A DNA stretch of 64,000 nt from an uncultured Gammaproteobacteria bacterium (GCA_964449585.1 CAYUZE010000001.1:140142-204141); one strand, 5' to 3'. Positions 37,039-48,360 are shown, numbered from the stretch's first letter. Notes: generated by a model from the letters alone, not told the origin. Translations and numbers: made by a program.

Positions 37039-37641
37039 TTAACAGCCGAATTCTCCCTCGGTGCAGGGAGCGATAAGAGGGGCGGGAGCGTTCTTTTCTG
37101 TTTCCGAAGAGCTGACAAGGTATGCTTTGCCTTTTTCAGGATCTTCTCCCGGGTTCCATAGCCCCCAGTAGTATTTCCATTCGCTCCATCCAATGCCGAG
37201 TTCTTTTACATAAATACCGTTTTGGGCAAGCACTTCCCCTGTCTGACGTCCCAACATGCAGACCATACTGTAACAATGTACGATTATTTCCTTATCTTTG
37301 GGAAGTTTTTTGAAGGCGGCGATTATTTGTTCCTTGGACATGGAAACTGCGGGAATATTCACCGCCCCTACGATATGTTCCTTGTCATATTCGCCTTTGC
37401 TTCGTAAATCCACCAACAGAAATGACGGATCTTTTGCATCCATACGCTTCCGCAACGTGGATGGACTGACAAGCACGCTTGTTTCCGTTTCATAGTGATC
37501 CCGAATGCGGGATTCATCGCTGAGGAACCGGGGGACAATCAACTGCACAAGCATTGCGCCAATGATTCCGAAGAGCAATGAAAGCACGATGACAGGAAGG
37601 ACGGGGAGGCGGGACTGTAAAAATTTTCGTACGGTATGCAT
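37039..37641 (-). CDS. Membrane-anchored rhodanese-domain protein
   Basis: LVDLR...EY..EHI.GAVNIP, IIVHCY. Confidence 0.85.
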   Translation of the reverse strand: MHTVRKFLQSRLPVLPVIVLSLLFGIIGAMLVQLIVPRFLSDESRIRDHYETETSVLVSPSTLRKRMDAKDPSFLLVDLRSKGEYDKEHIVGAVNIPAVSMSKEQIIAAFKKLPKDKEIIVHCYSMVCMLGRQTGEVLAQNGIYVKELGIGWSEWKYYWGLWNPGEDPEKGKAYLVSSSETEKNAPAPLIAPCTEGEFGC

Positions 37642-37739
37642 CGGTAGAAAAATAATAGCATATCCCTGAAGTATTTTGTATGGTAACTAACAATATAGTG
37701 TTGCTACCCCGCATGGGACTTCCGTGAGATACTACCCGT

Positions 37740-39257
37740 ATGGGGAAAATAATCCGGGTTCTCTCGCTTATTCTCTTCTGCGGGTATCTTTTTCTGGGGT
37801 TTCGGATATTTCCCGGGTACGGAGTGCCCATCGATGAGTACTCCCAAATTGATCTTGGGAGAGTGAACTACGAGCGTATTGTCTCAGGAAGTCTCGAAAT
37901 TCAGACGCATTATGACCGGCATTACGGACCTGCATTTGAAGTTCCGTTGTATGTTGTGAGTCAATTCGTTTCCCAAAAGACGGGTGCGGACGTCATCGCC
38001 GTTCGTCATCTGAGTGTTTTTCTTTTTTTTGCAGTTTCCGTAGCTTGTTTTTATCTCTTTTTGGAACGGATTTTTAAGCATGCATGGTACGGATTAGCTG
38101 GCTCATTGCTTTTGGCGCTTTATCCGCGATTTTTTGCGGAGAGCTTCTATAACTCAAAGGATATGACCTTTGTAGGCGTCACTGTTGTCAGTCTTTTTTT
38201 GCTTTCCCGCTATAACGGACGGAAGATTATTCCGTTATTGGTTGTCGGTATTGCCACGGGCATCGGCATTGCCGTAAGGGTGCAGGGATTGTTGCTTCTG
38301 GGTATATATGTCATCGCAATAGCAGGTTGGGGAGCTGATACGTTAAAGCGCCGGGTAGTTCATGCCGCCGCCTTTTTGGCCACAGGAGTTGGTGTTGCCT
38401 GGGCGAGCTTTCCACTGTTTTGGGACAATTTTTTTGAGAATCTTATCGGATTTTGGCGCGTTTCGGCAAATCAGATAGGGGTGGCAACGTACTATTTTGG
38501 GAAATTTTATACTAGCCCCGATTTACCATGGCACTATCATTTTGTCTGGATAGGGGTATCCGCAATGCTATCTGTGGTGGCGCTTTCGCTCATCGGTGTC
38601 GGTATGTTTTTCCATCAGCTTACCGCACACAAAAAACAAAACATTTTTCTATTTCTTTGTCTTTTTGGCATTATTGCGGGAACGCTCGCTACTTGTGTGT
38701 TTATGCGTCCCCGTTCCTATGACGGATGGCGACATATTTATTACGTATACCCCGCACTTATCACCTTTGCACTTTTTTCCATACAACGGCTCCTGACAAA
38801 CAAAAAACGCCAACGTATTTTTGTCGCCCGGGTATTTATTGTGTTGCTGCTTGTTGATCTGGTGGGGGCTGCAGTGTTTTTGCTGAAAAACCACCCGCGG
38901 CAATACGTCTATTTTAATATTCTTGCCGGAGGATATCTTCATGCGAAATCGCAATTTGATTTTGATTATTGGGGGATATCACTTAAAGAAACGCATGCGT
39001 ATCTTACCGAGATTGCTTCCCAAAAACGGTACCGTATTTTTTTTGATCAACGCTTGCCGTACACGGAAAACAGTATAATACCTTCGCTTATACCAAAAGG
39101 TTCGGTTGTCACAGATAACCCTGATGACGCGGACATATATGTTGCCGTGTTTCGCGATAAAAAAGCACCGCCGCCAAGGGAGCGGTTTGAGAAGGTGTAC
39201 GCGGTGACCGTTGAAGGTGCGGATTTGTCAGCGGTATATGCAAGAAAAAAACCATAG
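37740..39257 (+). CDS. GT-C (ArnT/PMT-like) membrane glycosyltransferase
   Basis: DE motif after TM1, YGP, P.FF..SFYN.KD, PWHY, YDGWRH, DYWG. Confidence 0.8.
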   Translation: MGKIIRVLSLILFCGYLFLGFRIFPGYGVPIDEYSQIDLGRVNYERIVSGSLEIQTHYDRHYGPAFEVPLYVVSQFVSQKTGADVIAVRHLSVFLFFAVSVACFYLFLERIFKHAWYGLAGSLLLALYPRFFAESFYNSKDMTFVGVTVVSLFLLSRYNGRKIIPLLVVGIATGIGIAVRVQGLLLLGIYVIAIAGWGADTLKRRVVHAAAFLATGVGVAWASFPLFWDNFFENLIGFWRVSANQIGVATYYFGKFYTSPDLPWHYHFVWIGVSAMLSVVALSLIGVGMFFHQLTAHKKQNIFLFLCLFGIIAGTLATCVFMRPRSYDGWRHIYYVYPALITFALFSIQRLLTNKKRQRIFVARVFIVLLLVDLVGAAVFLLKNHPRQYVYFNILAGGYLHAKSQFDFDYWGISLKETHAYLTEIASQKRYRIFFDQRLPYTENSIIPSLIPKGSVVTDNPDDADIYVAVFRDKKAPPPRERFEKVYAVTVEGADLSAVYARKKP

Positions 39258-39267
39258 AAATCACGCT

Positions 39268-39960
39268 ATGTCAGAGCTCACAAAACTGCTGGTCCGCATT
39301 TATGACGATCCTGCATTCCGCGGAGCCATCGCTCCCGATATTTTCCCCATGGCAATTTCAAAAAAACAAGGGATATTCGTTACCGATCTCATCAATACGT
39401 ATGCTCCCAGAGTCTTCGTCGAACTTGGGTTTCGGTATGGCATCTCATCGTTATGGATTCAGAGCGCTGCCCGAAAACCGGCACGGCATATCATTATTGA
39501 TCCGTATCACCACATTCCGTATCCGCCTCGCAAGAAAACCATTGATACTCTTATTAAAAAACAATCCGGCGTGACACTGGAAGAACAAAAAAACAGTCAG
39601 GAAAAGTTGGCGGAATTATCGTATGACGGTATCAATGTGGATATGGCGTTTGTCGATGCCAGCCAATGGTTCGACAGCGTCATCACCGATATGTACTTTC
39701 TGACGAGAATTCTCAGAAAAAACGGGATTATCATTATCCGTAATATTTGGAGTAAGCCAGTACGGAAAGCGGTACTGTATTATCTCAAAAATCTTCCCTA
39801 TACCATAGTGGGCTGTGCCCCCTGGCAGGAATGGGTGATACGGCATGTTCCCATGATCGGAGAATTACTGCTTCGCGTGTTGGTGCGCCCCATAGATTTA
39901 TGCGTGTTACAGCTAACGGAAAAAGATAACCGCACCTGGGATCATTATGTCCCATTTTAA
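39268..39960 (+). CDS. Class I SAM-dependent methyltransferase
   Basis: VELGFRYGISS, IIIDP, DMAFVDA. Confidence 0.8.
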   Translation: MSELTKLLVRIYDDPAFRGAIAPDIFPMAISKKQGIFVTDLINTYAPRVFVELGFRYGISSLWIQSAARKPARHIIIDPYHHIPYPPRKKTIDTLIKKQSGVTLEEQKNSQEKLAELSYDGINVDMAFVDASQWFDSVITDMYFLTRILRKNGIIIIRNIWSKPVRKAVLYYLKNLPYTIVGCAPWQEWVIRHVPMIGELLLRVLVRPIDLCVLQLTEKDNRTWDHYVPF

Positions 39961-39962
39961 TC

Positions 39963-40433
39963 ATGATCACCTGTTTATTTGAAAACGGACACGAAGCGCA
40001 CTTACGGCATGTCGTCGTGCATGCCATTGTCGAAAAGGACGGAGCGTTACTGCTGGTAAAGCGTGCCCCGAATCTTTTGGAGGGAGGAAAGTGGTCGCTT
40101 CCTTCGGGTTTTCTTGACCGAGACGAAACCGCGGCGGAAGGGACACTTCGCGAGTTATATGAAGAAACCGGTTGGCGGGGAGCGGTATCCTCTCTGTTTC
40201 TCATAAAAACATCCCCGCATCGTCCGCAGGAAGACCGGCAAAACGTTGCATTCCACTTTGTCGTTACGCCGACAAAAAAAACCGGAAAAGGGGATGCCGA
40301 GTCATCGGCAGTCGCATGGTTTCCCATCGAAGCCTTACCTTCTCTTACCGCACTGGCGTTTGATCATGGAGAAGCGGTTGCCGCCTATCTCCGTTTTCGA
40401 AATACGGCGTTTCCGCTCCCTCTTATTCTCTAA
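39963..40433 (+). CDS. NUDIX hydrolase
   Basis: WSLPSG....ET......RELYEETG, LAFDH. Confidence 0.92.
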   Translation: MITCLFENGHEAHLRHVVVHAIVEKDGALLLVKRAPNLLEGGKWSLPSGFLDRDETAAEGTLRELYEETGWRGAVSSLFLIKTSPHRPQEDRQNVAFHFVVTPTKKTGKGDAESSAVAWFPIEALPSLTALAFDHGEAVAAYLRFRNTAFPLPLIL

Positions 40434-40502
40434 AAAAATACGGATGATCCGGAACATCCCCATTAGAATTCCGACGGCATGTATGGTATTCTGCGCAGGC
40501 TT

Positions 40503-42281
40503 ATGTCCGATATTGATGAAATCAAATCAAGACTGAATATCGTCGATATCATCGGCGAGCGGGTAACACTGAAAAAAGCGGGACGAAACCTCAAGGGACT
40601 CTGTCCCTTTCATAACGAAAAAACTCCTTCATTTACCGTAAGCCCCGACAGACAGACATTTCATTGCTTCGGTTGCGGGAAAGGCGGCAGTGTTTTTGAT
40701 TTTGTGATGTTAATTGAGCATGTGGATTTTGCCGAGGCTCTGGAAACCCTTGCCGACAAAGCGGGGGTAACCTTGGAGCGGCGTCCCGCCGATACGCCGG
40801 AAGCAAAAATCAAACAAAAAATTCTTGAGGCAAACCATTTGGCGAGCGAATACTATCACTATCTGCTGACGCAACATGCGGTGGGAGAACACGCCAGAGC
40901 ATATCTGAAACACCGGGGAGTGACCGATAAATCAATGAAGACGTTCTCAATCGGCTATAGCCCCAATACCTGGGACAGCGTAGGATCGTTCTTACGAAAA
41001 AAAGGCTATGATGATCGTCTGCTGGAGACTGCGGGTTTGGTGATACGGGGAACCCGGGGCTATTATGACCGGTTTCGGGGGCGGGTGATGTTTGCCCTCA
41101 AAGATCATCGGGGGAACGTGGTGGGATTTTCCGGACGGGTGCTGGATCCCGAAGCAAAAGAGGCAAAGTACATCAACACATCGGAGACTCCCGTCTATGT
41201 CAAAGGAAAAATGCTGTATGGACTTGATGTCACCAAGGATTCGATTCAAAAAAATAACGAGGCGATTGTCATGGAGGGAGAATTGGACGTCATTTCTTCA
41301 TTTCAGGAAGGGATTTCGAATGTTGTTGCCATTAAAGGCTCCGCGGTGACCGAAGACCATGTACGATTGTTGCGGCGTTTTGCCGAACGGCTTATTTTTG
41401 CGCTTGATAGCGATCTTGCGGGAGATGCAGCGGCAAGAAGAGGCATTGAAATTGCGGAAAAATCAGGCTTTGATATGCGGGTTGCGGCCATGCCGCTGGG
41501 GAAAGATCCCGATGAAGCCGCCCGAGAAAACCCGCTTCTTCTCAAGAAAGCGTTAAAGGAAGCGGTTCCTATCTATGATTACTTCCTTTCTTCGGCGCTC
41601 AAACGGAATGATCCAGAAACCGCATTCGGCAAACGAAAAATATCCGAGGAATTTATGCCCACATTGTTAAAGATCGACAATCCGATCGTGCAGGGTCATT
41701 ATATACGGAAACTTTCAGCCGCTCTTGCAACCTCCGATGAAACGGTACGGGAAGGTATGGCAAAAATACGAATCAGCGGCAGTCTCCGGGGGAAGGAGAA
41801 AGAAAATCTTACGGAAGCGCCCCGGCTCACGCGGGTGGAAAAGGCCGAGTTGTATGTACTGGCGCTCCTGCTCCAGGGAAAAACGAGCGAACTGCTCCCG
41901 AAGTTTCTTGCCGCATTGCCTCCTTCGGCGTTTCGTTCGCTTGCGGTGAAACGGATTGTCGAGCATCTTGCCCAATTTGGAGCCACGCACGCGATGTTTG
42001 CATCGAAAGATGTAGCGGAAACGTTACCTTCGGAACTAGTACCGGTTTTTGATGAGGCGTTTATGTGGGATATCGCTCTTATCATCGATGATGAAACGCG
42101 ATTTGATGCCGAGTGGCACAAAGCGATTTCCGAGGTGCGCCGGGCGCAGGTGAGGCAACACATGGAAGAAATAAGTAAAAAACTCCGTGATGAACAACTC
42201 TCTTCTTCGCAACATGACGCGCTGCAATCCGAGCTCAAGGGGTTGGTGGACGAATTTGCCGCTCTGGAAAAAGGCGCGTAA
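40503..42281 (+). CDS. dnaG: DNA primase
   Basis: CPFHNEKTPSF...CFGC zinc finger, KYINT.ET, EG.LD, D.D.AG TOPRIM, KDPDE. Confidence 0.97.
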   Translation: MSDIDEIKSRLNIVDIIGERVTLKKAGRNLKGLCPFHNEKTPSFTVSPDRQTFHCFGCGKGGSVFDFVMLIEHVDFAEALETLADKAGVTLERRPADTPEAKIKQKILEANHLASEYYHYLLTQHAVGEHARAYLKHRGVTDKSMKTFSIGYSPNTWDSVGSFLRKKGYDDRLLETAGLVIRGTRGYYDRFRGRVMFALKDHRGNVVGFSGRVLDPEAKEAKYINTSETPVYVKGKMLYGLDVTKDSIQKNNEAIVMEGELDVISSFQEGISNVVAIKGSAVTEDHVRLLRRFAERLIFALDSDLAGDAAARRGIEIAEKSGFDMRVAAMPLGKDPDEAARENPLLLKKALKEAVPIYDYFLSSALKRNDPETAFGKRKISEEFMPTLLKIDNPIVQGHYIRKLSAALATSDETVREGMAKIRISGSLRGKEKENLTEAPRLTRVEKAELYVLALLLQGKTSELLPKFLAALPPSAFRSLAVKRIVEHLAQFGATHAMFASKDVAETLPSELVPVFDEAFMWDIALIIDDETRFDAEWHKAISEVRRAQVRQHMEEISKKLRDEQLSSSQHDALQSELKGLVDEFAALEKGA

Positions 42282-42348
42282 ATACGTTATAATGCCTGAT
42301 AAGCGAAGCTTGAATGAGTAAGGTGCTCATTGGCTCTCGGAGGTATCC

Positions 42349-43437
42349 ATGCAAAAATCTAAAGCCACTGGTTCCAGTGATAATCTCATAAAGCAAGGCA
42401 AATCCAACGGATTTGTCACCCAAGATGACATCTTGGCGCTATTCCCCAAACCCGAAGACAAAATTACCGATCTTGATCATTTATATGATCAGCTGATTCG
42501 TGCCGGCGTCGATGTTTTTGAGACCACGAGTGCCGATATCGAACAGGAAGCAAGAAAGAGTATCGCCGATCTTGAAAAAGAAATCGAAGCGCTGGTGCGA
42601 GCTTCCGACGAGGGAATTTCCGATCCCGTACGCATGTATTTAAAAGAAATCGGCCGTATTCCGCTTCTGACGTTTGCCGATGAAATGAGTCTTGCCAAAC
42701 GGTATGAAAAGGGAGATAGGAAAGCAAAAAAGAAGCTTATCGAAAGTAATCTTCGCCTTGTGGTTTCTATCGCCAAGAAATATATCGGTCGGGGGATGAG
42801 TCTTTTGGATCTTATCCAAGAGGGGAATCAGGGGCTTATCCGTGCCGTCGAAAAATACGACTGGCGCAAGGGATTTAAATTCTCGACATATGCGACCTGG
42901 TGGATCAGGCAGGCGATAACCCGTGCCATCGCGGATCAGGCGCGTACCATCCGCATTCCCGTCCATATGGTGGAGACGATTAACCGTTTTGCCCGAATAA
43001 GCAGGCGACTGATGCAGGATCTCGGACGGGAACCGACTCCGGAAGAAATAGCAAAGGCAATGGAAGTCGATGTGGTGAAAGTTCGCGAGATTATGAAGGT
43101 ATCCCAAGAACCCACCAGCTTGGAAACGCCGGTCGGAGACGAAGAGGATTCGCATTTGGGTGATTTTATTTCCGATCCCGGTCCGACACCGTATGATCAG
43201 ACCTCTCGACAGCTTCTGAAGGAGCACATGGAAGAAGTGCTTGCCACGCTATCCGATCGTGAGAAAAAAGTTCTCATCCTCCGCTTCGGTCTCGAGGACG
43301 GCAGACCGCGAACGCTCGAAGAAGTGGGTGCACAATTCGGGGTCACCCGCGAGCGCATCCGGCAAATTGAAGCAAAGGCACTGAGAAAACTTCGTCACCC
43401 CTCACGCTCAAAGAAGCTTAAAGATTATTTGGAATAA
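42349..43437 (+). CDS. rpoD: Primary sigma factor (short SigA-like)
   Basis: [51 protein letters not shown]. Confidence 0.98.
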   Translation: MQKSKATGSSDNLIKQGKSNGFVTQDDILALFPKPEDKITDLDHLYDQLIRAGVDVFETTSADIEQEARKSIADLEKEIEALVRASDEGISDPVRMYLKEIGRIPLLTFADEMSLAKRYEKGDRKAKKKLIESNLRLVVSIAKKYIGRGMSLLDLIQEGNQGLIRAVEKYDWRKGFKFSTYATWWIRQAITRAIADQARTIRIPVHMVETINRFARISRRLMQDLGREPTPEEIAKAMEVDVVKVREIMKVSQEPTSLETPVGDEEDSHLGDFISDPGPTPYDQTSRQLLKEHMEEVLATLSDREKKVLILRFGLEDGRPRTLEEVGAQFGVTRERIRQIEAKALRKLRHPSRSKKLKDYLE

Positions 43438-43446
43438 GCACTTCCT

Positions 43447-44235
43447 ATGGAGCAGGAGACAATGTCCGCTTCCGTCATGCCCGAACCGCATCAACGAAGA
43501 TTTCATCCCACGGATTTTTTGTTCGGAATACTTCTTGGCGCGCTTATCGGAGGGGGGGCGGTATATATCTGGCAACAGCGGGTGTGGCAACCTACGGTAA
43601 ACGCTCTTAAAAAAGAGTACGCGGCGCTCAACGAGTCGTATCTTTCTTATACTCCGCCGACTCATCCCGTACCCGCCACGGAAAGCGGGGTGGCTTCATA
43701 CGGCAACGGAGAACAGGTGAAGACGGGGAACGAGGAGTTTTCAAGAAAAAGCGTCGGATTTTCCCTGCCGGCATTGGTCGGGCAAACGCTTGATGTCACG
43801 GTATTTTCATTTAAGGGGAAAACCATCACCAACCTGCGCTCGGACGTGCTCGTTTCGGAATCCGAAGCGGGCATTGACGTCTGGCGTTATGATAACGCCG
43901 CAGAAGCAAAAGATATTCCCGACGATTTTGTGACGTTTTACGGGTATGAGAATTATGCGCTTTTTGCATCACCCGTCGCAGTGACGATGAATGATTCGGA
44001 TGATACGTATACGACGGCAGACGGAACTATATGGAAGTATCAATATGAATATGCGCCAAGAAGTATCGGGGTGGTTTCGTTGATTACCTATGTGCAACCG
44101 CAAAAAAACAATTCCGGAAAGCCGCTTTTTATCAGAGTATGGCAAGCAGTAGGGCTCGGACACCAAAAGAACGATCCGGAAATTTCAAAGGCAAAAATTA
44201 CCCTTGCCAAGCTTGTTGACGCGATCGAATTCTAG
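43447..44235 (+). CDS. Hypothetical membrane-anchored protein
   Basis: Single TM helix near the N-terminus. Confidence 0.6.
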   Translation: MEQETMSASVMPEPHQRRFHPTDFLFGILLGALIGGGAVYIWQQRVWQPTVNALKKEYAALNESYLSYTPPTHPVPATESGVASYGNGEQVKTGNEEFSRKSVGFSLPALVGQTLDVTVFSFKGKTITNLRSDVLVSESEAGIDVWRYDNAAEAKDIPDDFVTFYGYENYALFASPVAVTMNDSDDTYTTADGTIWKYQYEYAPRSIGVVSLITYVQPQKNNSGKPLFIRVWQAVGLGHQKNDPEISKAKITLAKLVDAIEF

Positions 44236-44247
44236 CGAACAGTTCCG

Positions 44248-44382
44248 TTACGGAAGAAAATATTTCACGGCATACATGAGGAGCGCAAATCCGACGACAA
44301 CGATAAACGCGACTCCAAACTGAATAATAACGCTGTCACTCGGATGGACTGACTTCTTGACTCGGGCAGATTTTGCTTTCAT
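44248..44382 (-). CDS. 44-aa single-TM small protein (not in ORF track)
   Basis: MKAKSARVKKSVHPSDSVIIQFGVAFIVVVGFALLMYAVKYFLP with an AGGAGG SD. Confidence 0.6.
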   Translation of the reverse strand: MKAKSARVKKSVHPSDSVIIQFGVAFIVVVGFALLMYAVKYFLP

Positions 44383-45931
44383 ATATTCCTCCTCTTTCTA
44401 TATATCTAGCATAGAAAGTATTTGGTATCTTTGTCAATTATGTATTCCCCGGCATTGTTTCGTCCTCAGGCATACTTTATGATAAAGAGAGTCCGCGAAT
44501 TTCGGGCGCCCTGCCTATGGTTATTGCCGATGACGTTTTGCAAAAAATTCTTATAGATGCGCATGTCGTTACCAACGACGAAATGCGATCGGTTGCCGAT
44601 TTTGCAAAATCAGCTTCCATGCCGCTTTCCGACGCGCTGATCGATAAAAATATCCTCACCGACGGAAATTTAGGCAAACTTATCGCCGCACACCTGAAAG
44701 TGCCGTTCGTCAATCTTGCCGAAACCACCATCGCCGATGAGGTGTATCGCATCATTCCCGATAAATACGCAAAAACCCATAAAATAGTGCCTTTTTCCCG
44801 GGATGACAGCGGGTTAAAAGTCGCAACCGCAAATCCATTAAACACCCAGGTCTTTTCCGCGCTCGAGAAGAAAACGGGACAAAAAATCATCGTTCACTAT
44901 GCGACGGAGCACGATGTGCACAACGCCCTTCAGTTGCACCGGCGGGAACTACAGTCCGTTTTTACGGATATGGTTGCCCGATTCCGTCGTGAAGAGGACG
45001 TTCCTATTTCAAACATTGTTGATTTACTGCTGCATACCGCCGTTGATGAGACGGCTTCCGATATTCATATCGAACCGGGAGAGTCCGACTCGCTGGTGCG
45101 TTTTCGTATCGACGGTATTTTGCATGATGTGCTGCATTTCTCCAAAACCATGCATAGCCAAGTCGTGAGCAGAATTAAAGTGTTGGCAAATCTCCGCACC
45201 GACGAACACTCAGCGCCCCAGGATGGAAAAGTACGTATCAAACACGATGAACAGTCGGTGGATATCCGTATATCCATCATTCCAATGGTGGAAGGAGAAA
45301 AGGTGGTCATGCGACTTCTTGTTTCGCATTTTAAATTGTTTAGTTTTTCGGATTTGGGAATGGAGCAATCCGCAGTGGACAAAATCAATGCCGCGCTGCA
45401 CCGGTCCTACGGTATGATCCTTTCCACCGGACCGACAGGGAGCGGCAAGACGACATCGATCTATGCCATGCTCAAAATTCTTAATGTTCGCGACAAGAAC
45501 ATCACCACCATTGAAGATCCGGTGGAATATCGGATAAAAGGAGTAAACCAGATACAGGTGAATACAAAGACAAATCTTACCTTTGCCAGCGGGCTACGCT
45601 CCATTCTTCGGCAGGATCCCAATATAATTTTTGTCGGAGAAATACGCGATCCTGAGACTGCGGGCATCGCCATTAACGCAGCCCTTACCGGGCATTTAGT
45701 TGTATCTACGCTTCATACCAACGATGCCGCCACGTCACTGCCGCGATTGACGGACATGCATGTTGAACCGTTTTTGGTGGCTTCAAGCGTCAGTCTAATC
45801 GTCGCACAACGGTTGGTGAGAAAAATTTGTGACTATTGTCGCATCTCGTTTACCGTTACCGAAGCAGAATTACAAAAAAGCCTGCCGGCAAGCGTGATCA
45901 GCAAGCATTATATTCCCTTCGGCGTCAATAA

Positions 45932-45939
45932 AGAGATTC
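45932..45939 (+). repeat. 8-bp target-site duplication, left copy (AGAGATTC)
   Basis: Identical copy at 48402..48409. Confidence 0.92.
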
Positions 45940-46038
45940 GGTGGTGCTCCCTTCAAGACACGTAATAAAGCAATCAACTACAATTTATTACTTAAAAAAT
46001 CATTTGAGAAAATTGGTAGAGAGAATTACGAAGATAAT

Positions 46039-46341
46039 TTACACGTCTTCTATGCGGGCATTTGATTTGCCTCTGGCTATTACACTTGGATCTACACCCA
46101 CGATACGTTTAAGTGTGTCAATAGCAGACTGAAACATACTTTCTGCTTGTGCAGAGGTCGGTGGATTTCCAGAAAAGTGTGCATAATTGCCAAAAGCTTT
46201 TGCGGCTTCTTCACCATATCTCTCAGAAAATGCCTCGGAATCAAACCCAGCCCCGGTTGTAGTTCTTCCGTCACTTTTTCTCCGCATACGAATCCAATAT
46301 CGAGAAAAGTCGTCCTGATCAGGAAGTTCATGATTTGTCAT
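46039..46341 (-). CDS. IS passenger hypothetical protein
   Basis: 100-aa ORF inside the IS. Confidence 0.55.
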   Translation of the reverse strand: MTNHELPDQDDFSRYWIRMRRKSDGRTTTGAGFDSEAFSERYGEEAAKAFGNYAHFSGNPPTSAQAESMFQSAIDTLKRIVGVDPSVIARGKSNARIEDV

Positions 46342-46419
46342 GTTTGTAGTATATCATATAGTATCAAATTCTTAAAATTATACTAATGTAATCATGTTTT
46401 GGATTGTCCATACATGTAA

Positions 46420-47199
46420 TTAATCAGCCTCCTTTACTTTTTCCAATGTCTCTCTATTCATCCCGTTTGTTTCTATTTCTTTCCAAGTTGAAAGATAAAA
46501 CTCAAGGTCAGATGCATATTCAAGCGTCTTTTGAATATGCCGATACAGATACCGTTTTGATCGCTCATCCGGGCAAATTATGATAATAATAGGAAACGGA
46601 TGTTTTGCGGCTTCTTGCCAGGTATCCTCATCAAAATATTCCACATATTGATTGATTCTCCGTCGTAATATCATACGGGCTGGTAGTGGATCTAGTATGT
46701 CCAGGAAATACCGTTTCATTTTCCCGCTTTGCTCTTTGATGGCAATATAGGCATCAGGATGTGGATTGAGGATGTAGTCGTGTTCATATAAATCTGTCTT
46801 AGTAAAGAAATGAAGAACAGCATTGGTTGTTTTGACAAGTTCCGTAAGCGATAAATAAATATCTGCCAAGAACAGGGAATGTATACGAAATTGTTCTGAT
46901 AATGTGTGTTCTCTCCATACCCTGTTCAGTAACTGTGGTTGAATCGTGCTTCCTTTTTCATTTGCTTTTTCCAGTAGATATTTTCTTCCTTTTGCTCCTA
47001 ATGAATATAATGCAGCTATAGTTACGGTTTTTGGATTATAGTATTTCCGAATAAAGCCATTGTTAGTTAATTGATTAAGCCAGATGATTACGCGATTAAA
47101 ATATTTGTGATTAAGGAGACTTTGAATTTGGAGACGATTGAGGAAACGAAAGCGATAGAGGTAAATAAGTATTTCTTCTTGCCGATGAGTAAGTATCAT
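46420..47199 (-). CDS. Replication-relaxation (Replic_Relax) family protein, IS passenger
   Basis: N-terminal wHTH (IL..LYRFRFL...QI), Y.L...G, H.L..ADIY, PDAY, YF..I; C-terminal FP.IIIICP...R. Confidence 0.75.
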   Translation of the reverse strand: MILTHRQEEILIYLYRFRFLNRLQIQSLLNHKYFNRVIIWLNQLTNNGFIRKYYNPKTVTIAALYSLGAKGRKYLLEKANEKGSTIQPQLLNRVWREHTLSEQFRIHSLFLADIYLSLTELVKTTNAVLHFFTKTDLYEHDYILNPHPDAYIAIKEQSGKMKRYFLDILDPLPARMILRRRINQYVEYFDEDTWQEAAKHPFPIIIIICPDERSKRYLYRHIQKTLEYASDLEFYLSTWKEIETNGMNRETLEKVKEAD

Positions 47200-47267
47200 A
47201 GCATCTCTTTATATATAAAGAATAGTAGTGTAAGTAAATATAAATTATTTAGCCTTAAATATAAGGT

Positions 47268-47297
47268 AAATTAGTGTAAACACGCTTACACTAATTT
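47268..47297. repeat. 12-bp perfect inverted repeat upstream of the Replic_Relax gene
   Basis: AAATTAGTGTAA-ACACGC-TTACACTAATTT; extra TAGTGTAA half-site at 47226..47233. Confidence 0.75.
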
Positions 47298-47366
47298 GGA
47301 AGTATAACAGATTACCTAACTTATGCGAAGGGTGGAGTACTATTGCCAGTTTGGTATACTCAGAAT

Positions 47367-47507
47367 ATGCAAAAGAAGAAATTGGAAAATAACCTCTTGG
47401 TAAAAAAGCGACTTAAGGAAAATCAAACGATTGAAAAAAAAGATTTTATAAAGCTACTCAAGAAAGCAACGCGAGTTTCAAGGCCTTCTTCAAAGCGATC
47501 TGCCTAA
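47367..47507 (+). CDS. 46-aa basic ORF convergent on and overlapping the transposase 3' end
   Basis: TGGTATACT -10 box 6 nt before the ATG; MQKKKLENNLLVKKRLKENQTIEKKDFIKLLKKATRVSRPSSKRSA. Confidence 0.5.
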   Translation: MQKKKLENNLLVKKRLKENQTIEKKDFIKLLKKATRVSRPSSKRSA

Positions 47508-48351
47508 GCATGTCTGTAAACATATCATCTGATTTTCTGTTTCCGTAGCGGAATCCATATTCATTGGCATAGTGTTGTAGGTACTTAGGACTAATGTGGG
47601 TATAGACTCCAGTTACTCCTCTTTTAAAAATACTCCAAAACCCTTCGATTGAATTAGTGTGGATGTCAGTTCCTTTAATTACATACGTTTCTTTGTGGTT
47701 CACATAGGAATGGTTGTATCCATGTTGGGTTAATTGTTGATATGCTCCTAGTTGATCGGTATATATGGTGGCATCCGTTGCCAAATTTTCTTTAATCTGT
47801 TTAAGGATTGTCCATTTGCCGGTGTTAGGGATATGTCTTAAATGGATTTTTCCTCCTCGCTGGAGAATACCCATGACGATTTCTTTCGGCTTCTCATTGA
47901 AATGTGGAACAAAGCGTTTGTTCTTTCCATCTCCACCAATATATGTTTCGTCACTTTCATTTGTGCCATCCATTGGCTCCCCATCATCAGTCATAAGTTT
48001 GCGAATCTGATGGCACATGCGGAATGCACATTTATAGGTGACTCCAACTTCTCTTTGAATCTGACGTGCGCTGATGCCACTTCGGGTTTTACTCATGACC
48101 CACATGACATAAAACCATGTCCGTAGATCAGTTGTGCTTTTTTCAAAGATCGTGTTTTTAAGAGGATACACTTGAGTTCGACATATACCACAAGAATAGG
48201 CCATACGGCCATCAAGTTTGTAGAAGTTGGTTAGTTTTTGACATTTTGGGCAGGTAACACCATTGGGAAATACGAATTTCTTTATTTCATCTAAACACGC
48301 TTCGTTATTAGGATATTTTCTCAAAAACGTCTTGAGGCTAAGTTGTTTCAT
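47458..48351 (-). CDS. IS1595-family (ISXO2-like) DDE transposase
   Basis: CPKC..CGIC zinc ribbon, T.F..S..DL..W, ESDETYIGG, IYTD, HTNSIEGFW, YL..Y.NE..FR. Confidence 0.95.
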   Translation of the reverse strand: MKQLSLKTFLRKYPNNEACLDEIKKFVFPNGVTCPKCQKLTNFYKLDGRMAYSCGICRTQVYPLKNTIFEKSTTDLRTWFYVMWVMSKTRSGISARQIQREVGVTYKCAFRMCHQIRKLMTDDGEPMDGTNESDETYIGGDGKNKRFVPHFNEKPKEIVMGILQRGGKIHLRHIPNTGKWTILKQIKENLATDATIYTDQLGAYQQLTQHGYNHSYVNHKETYVIKGTDIHTNSIEGFWSIFKRGVTGVYTHISPKYLQHYANEYGFRYGNRKSDDMFTDMLRQIALKKALKLALLS

Positions 48352-48360
48352 TCTTAGCCA

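Noticed and set aside
45941-45965. pilB C-terminus WCSLQDT as a natural end
   Set aside because: It is read-through into the IS terminal repeat; the true C-terminus is at 48410..48663.
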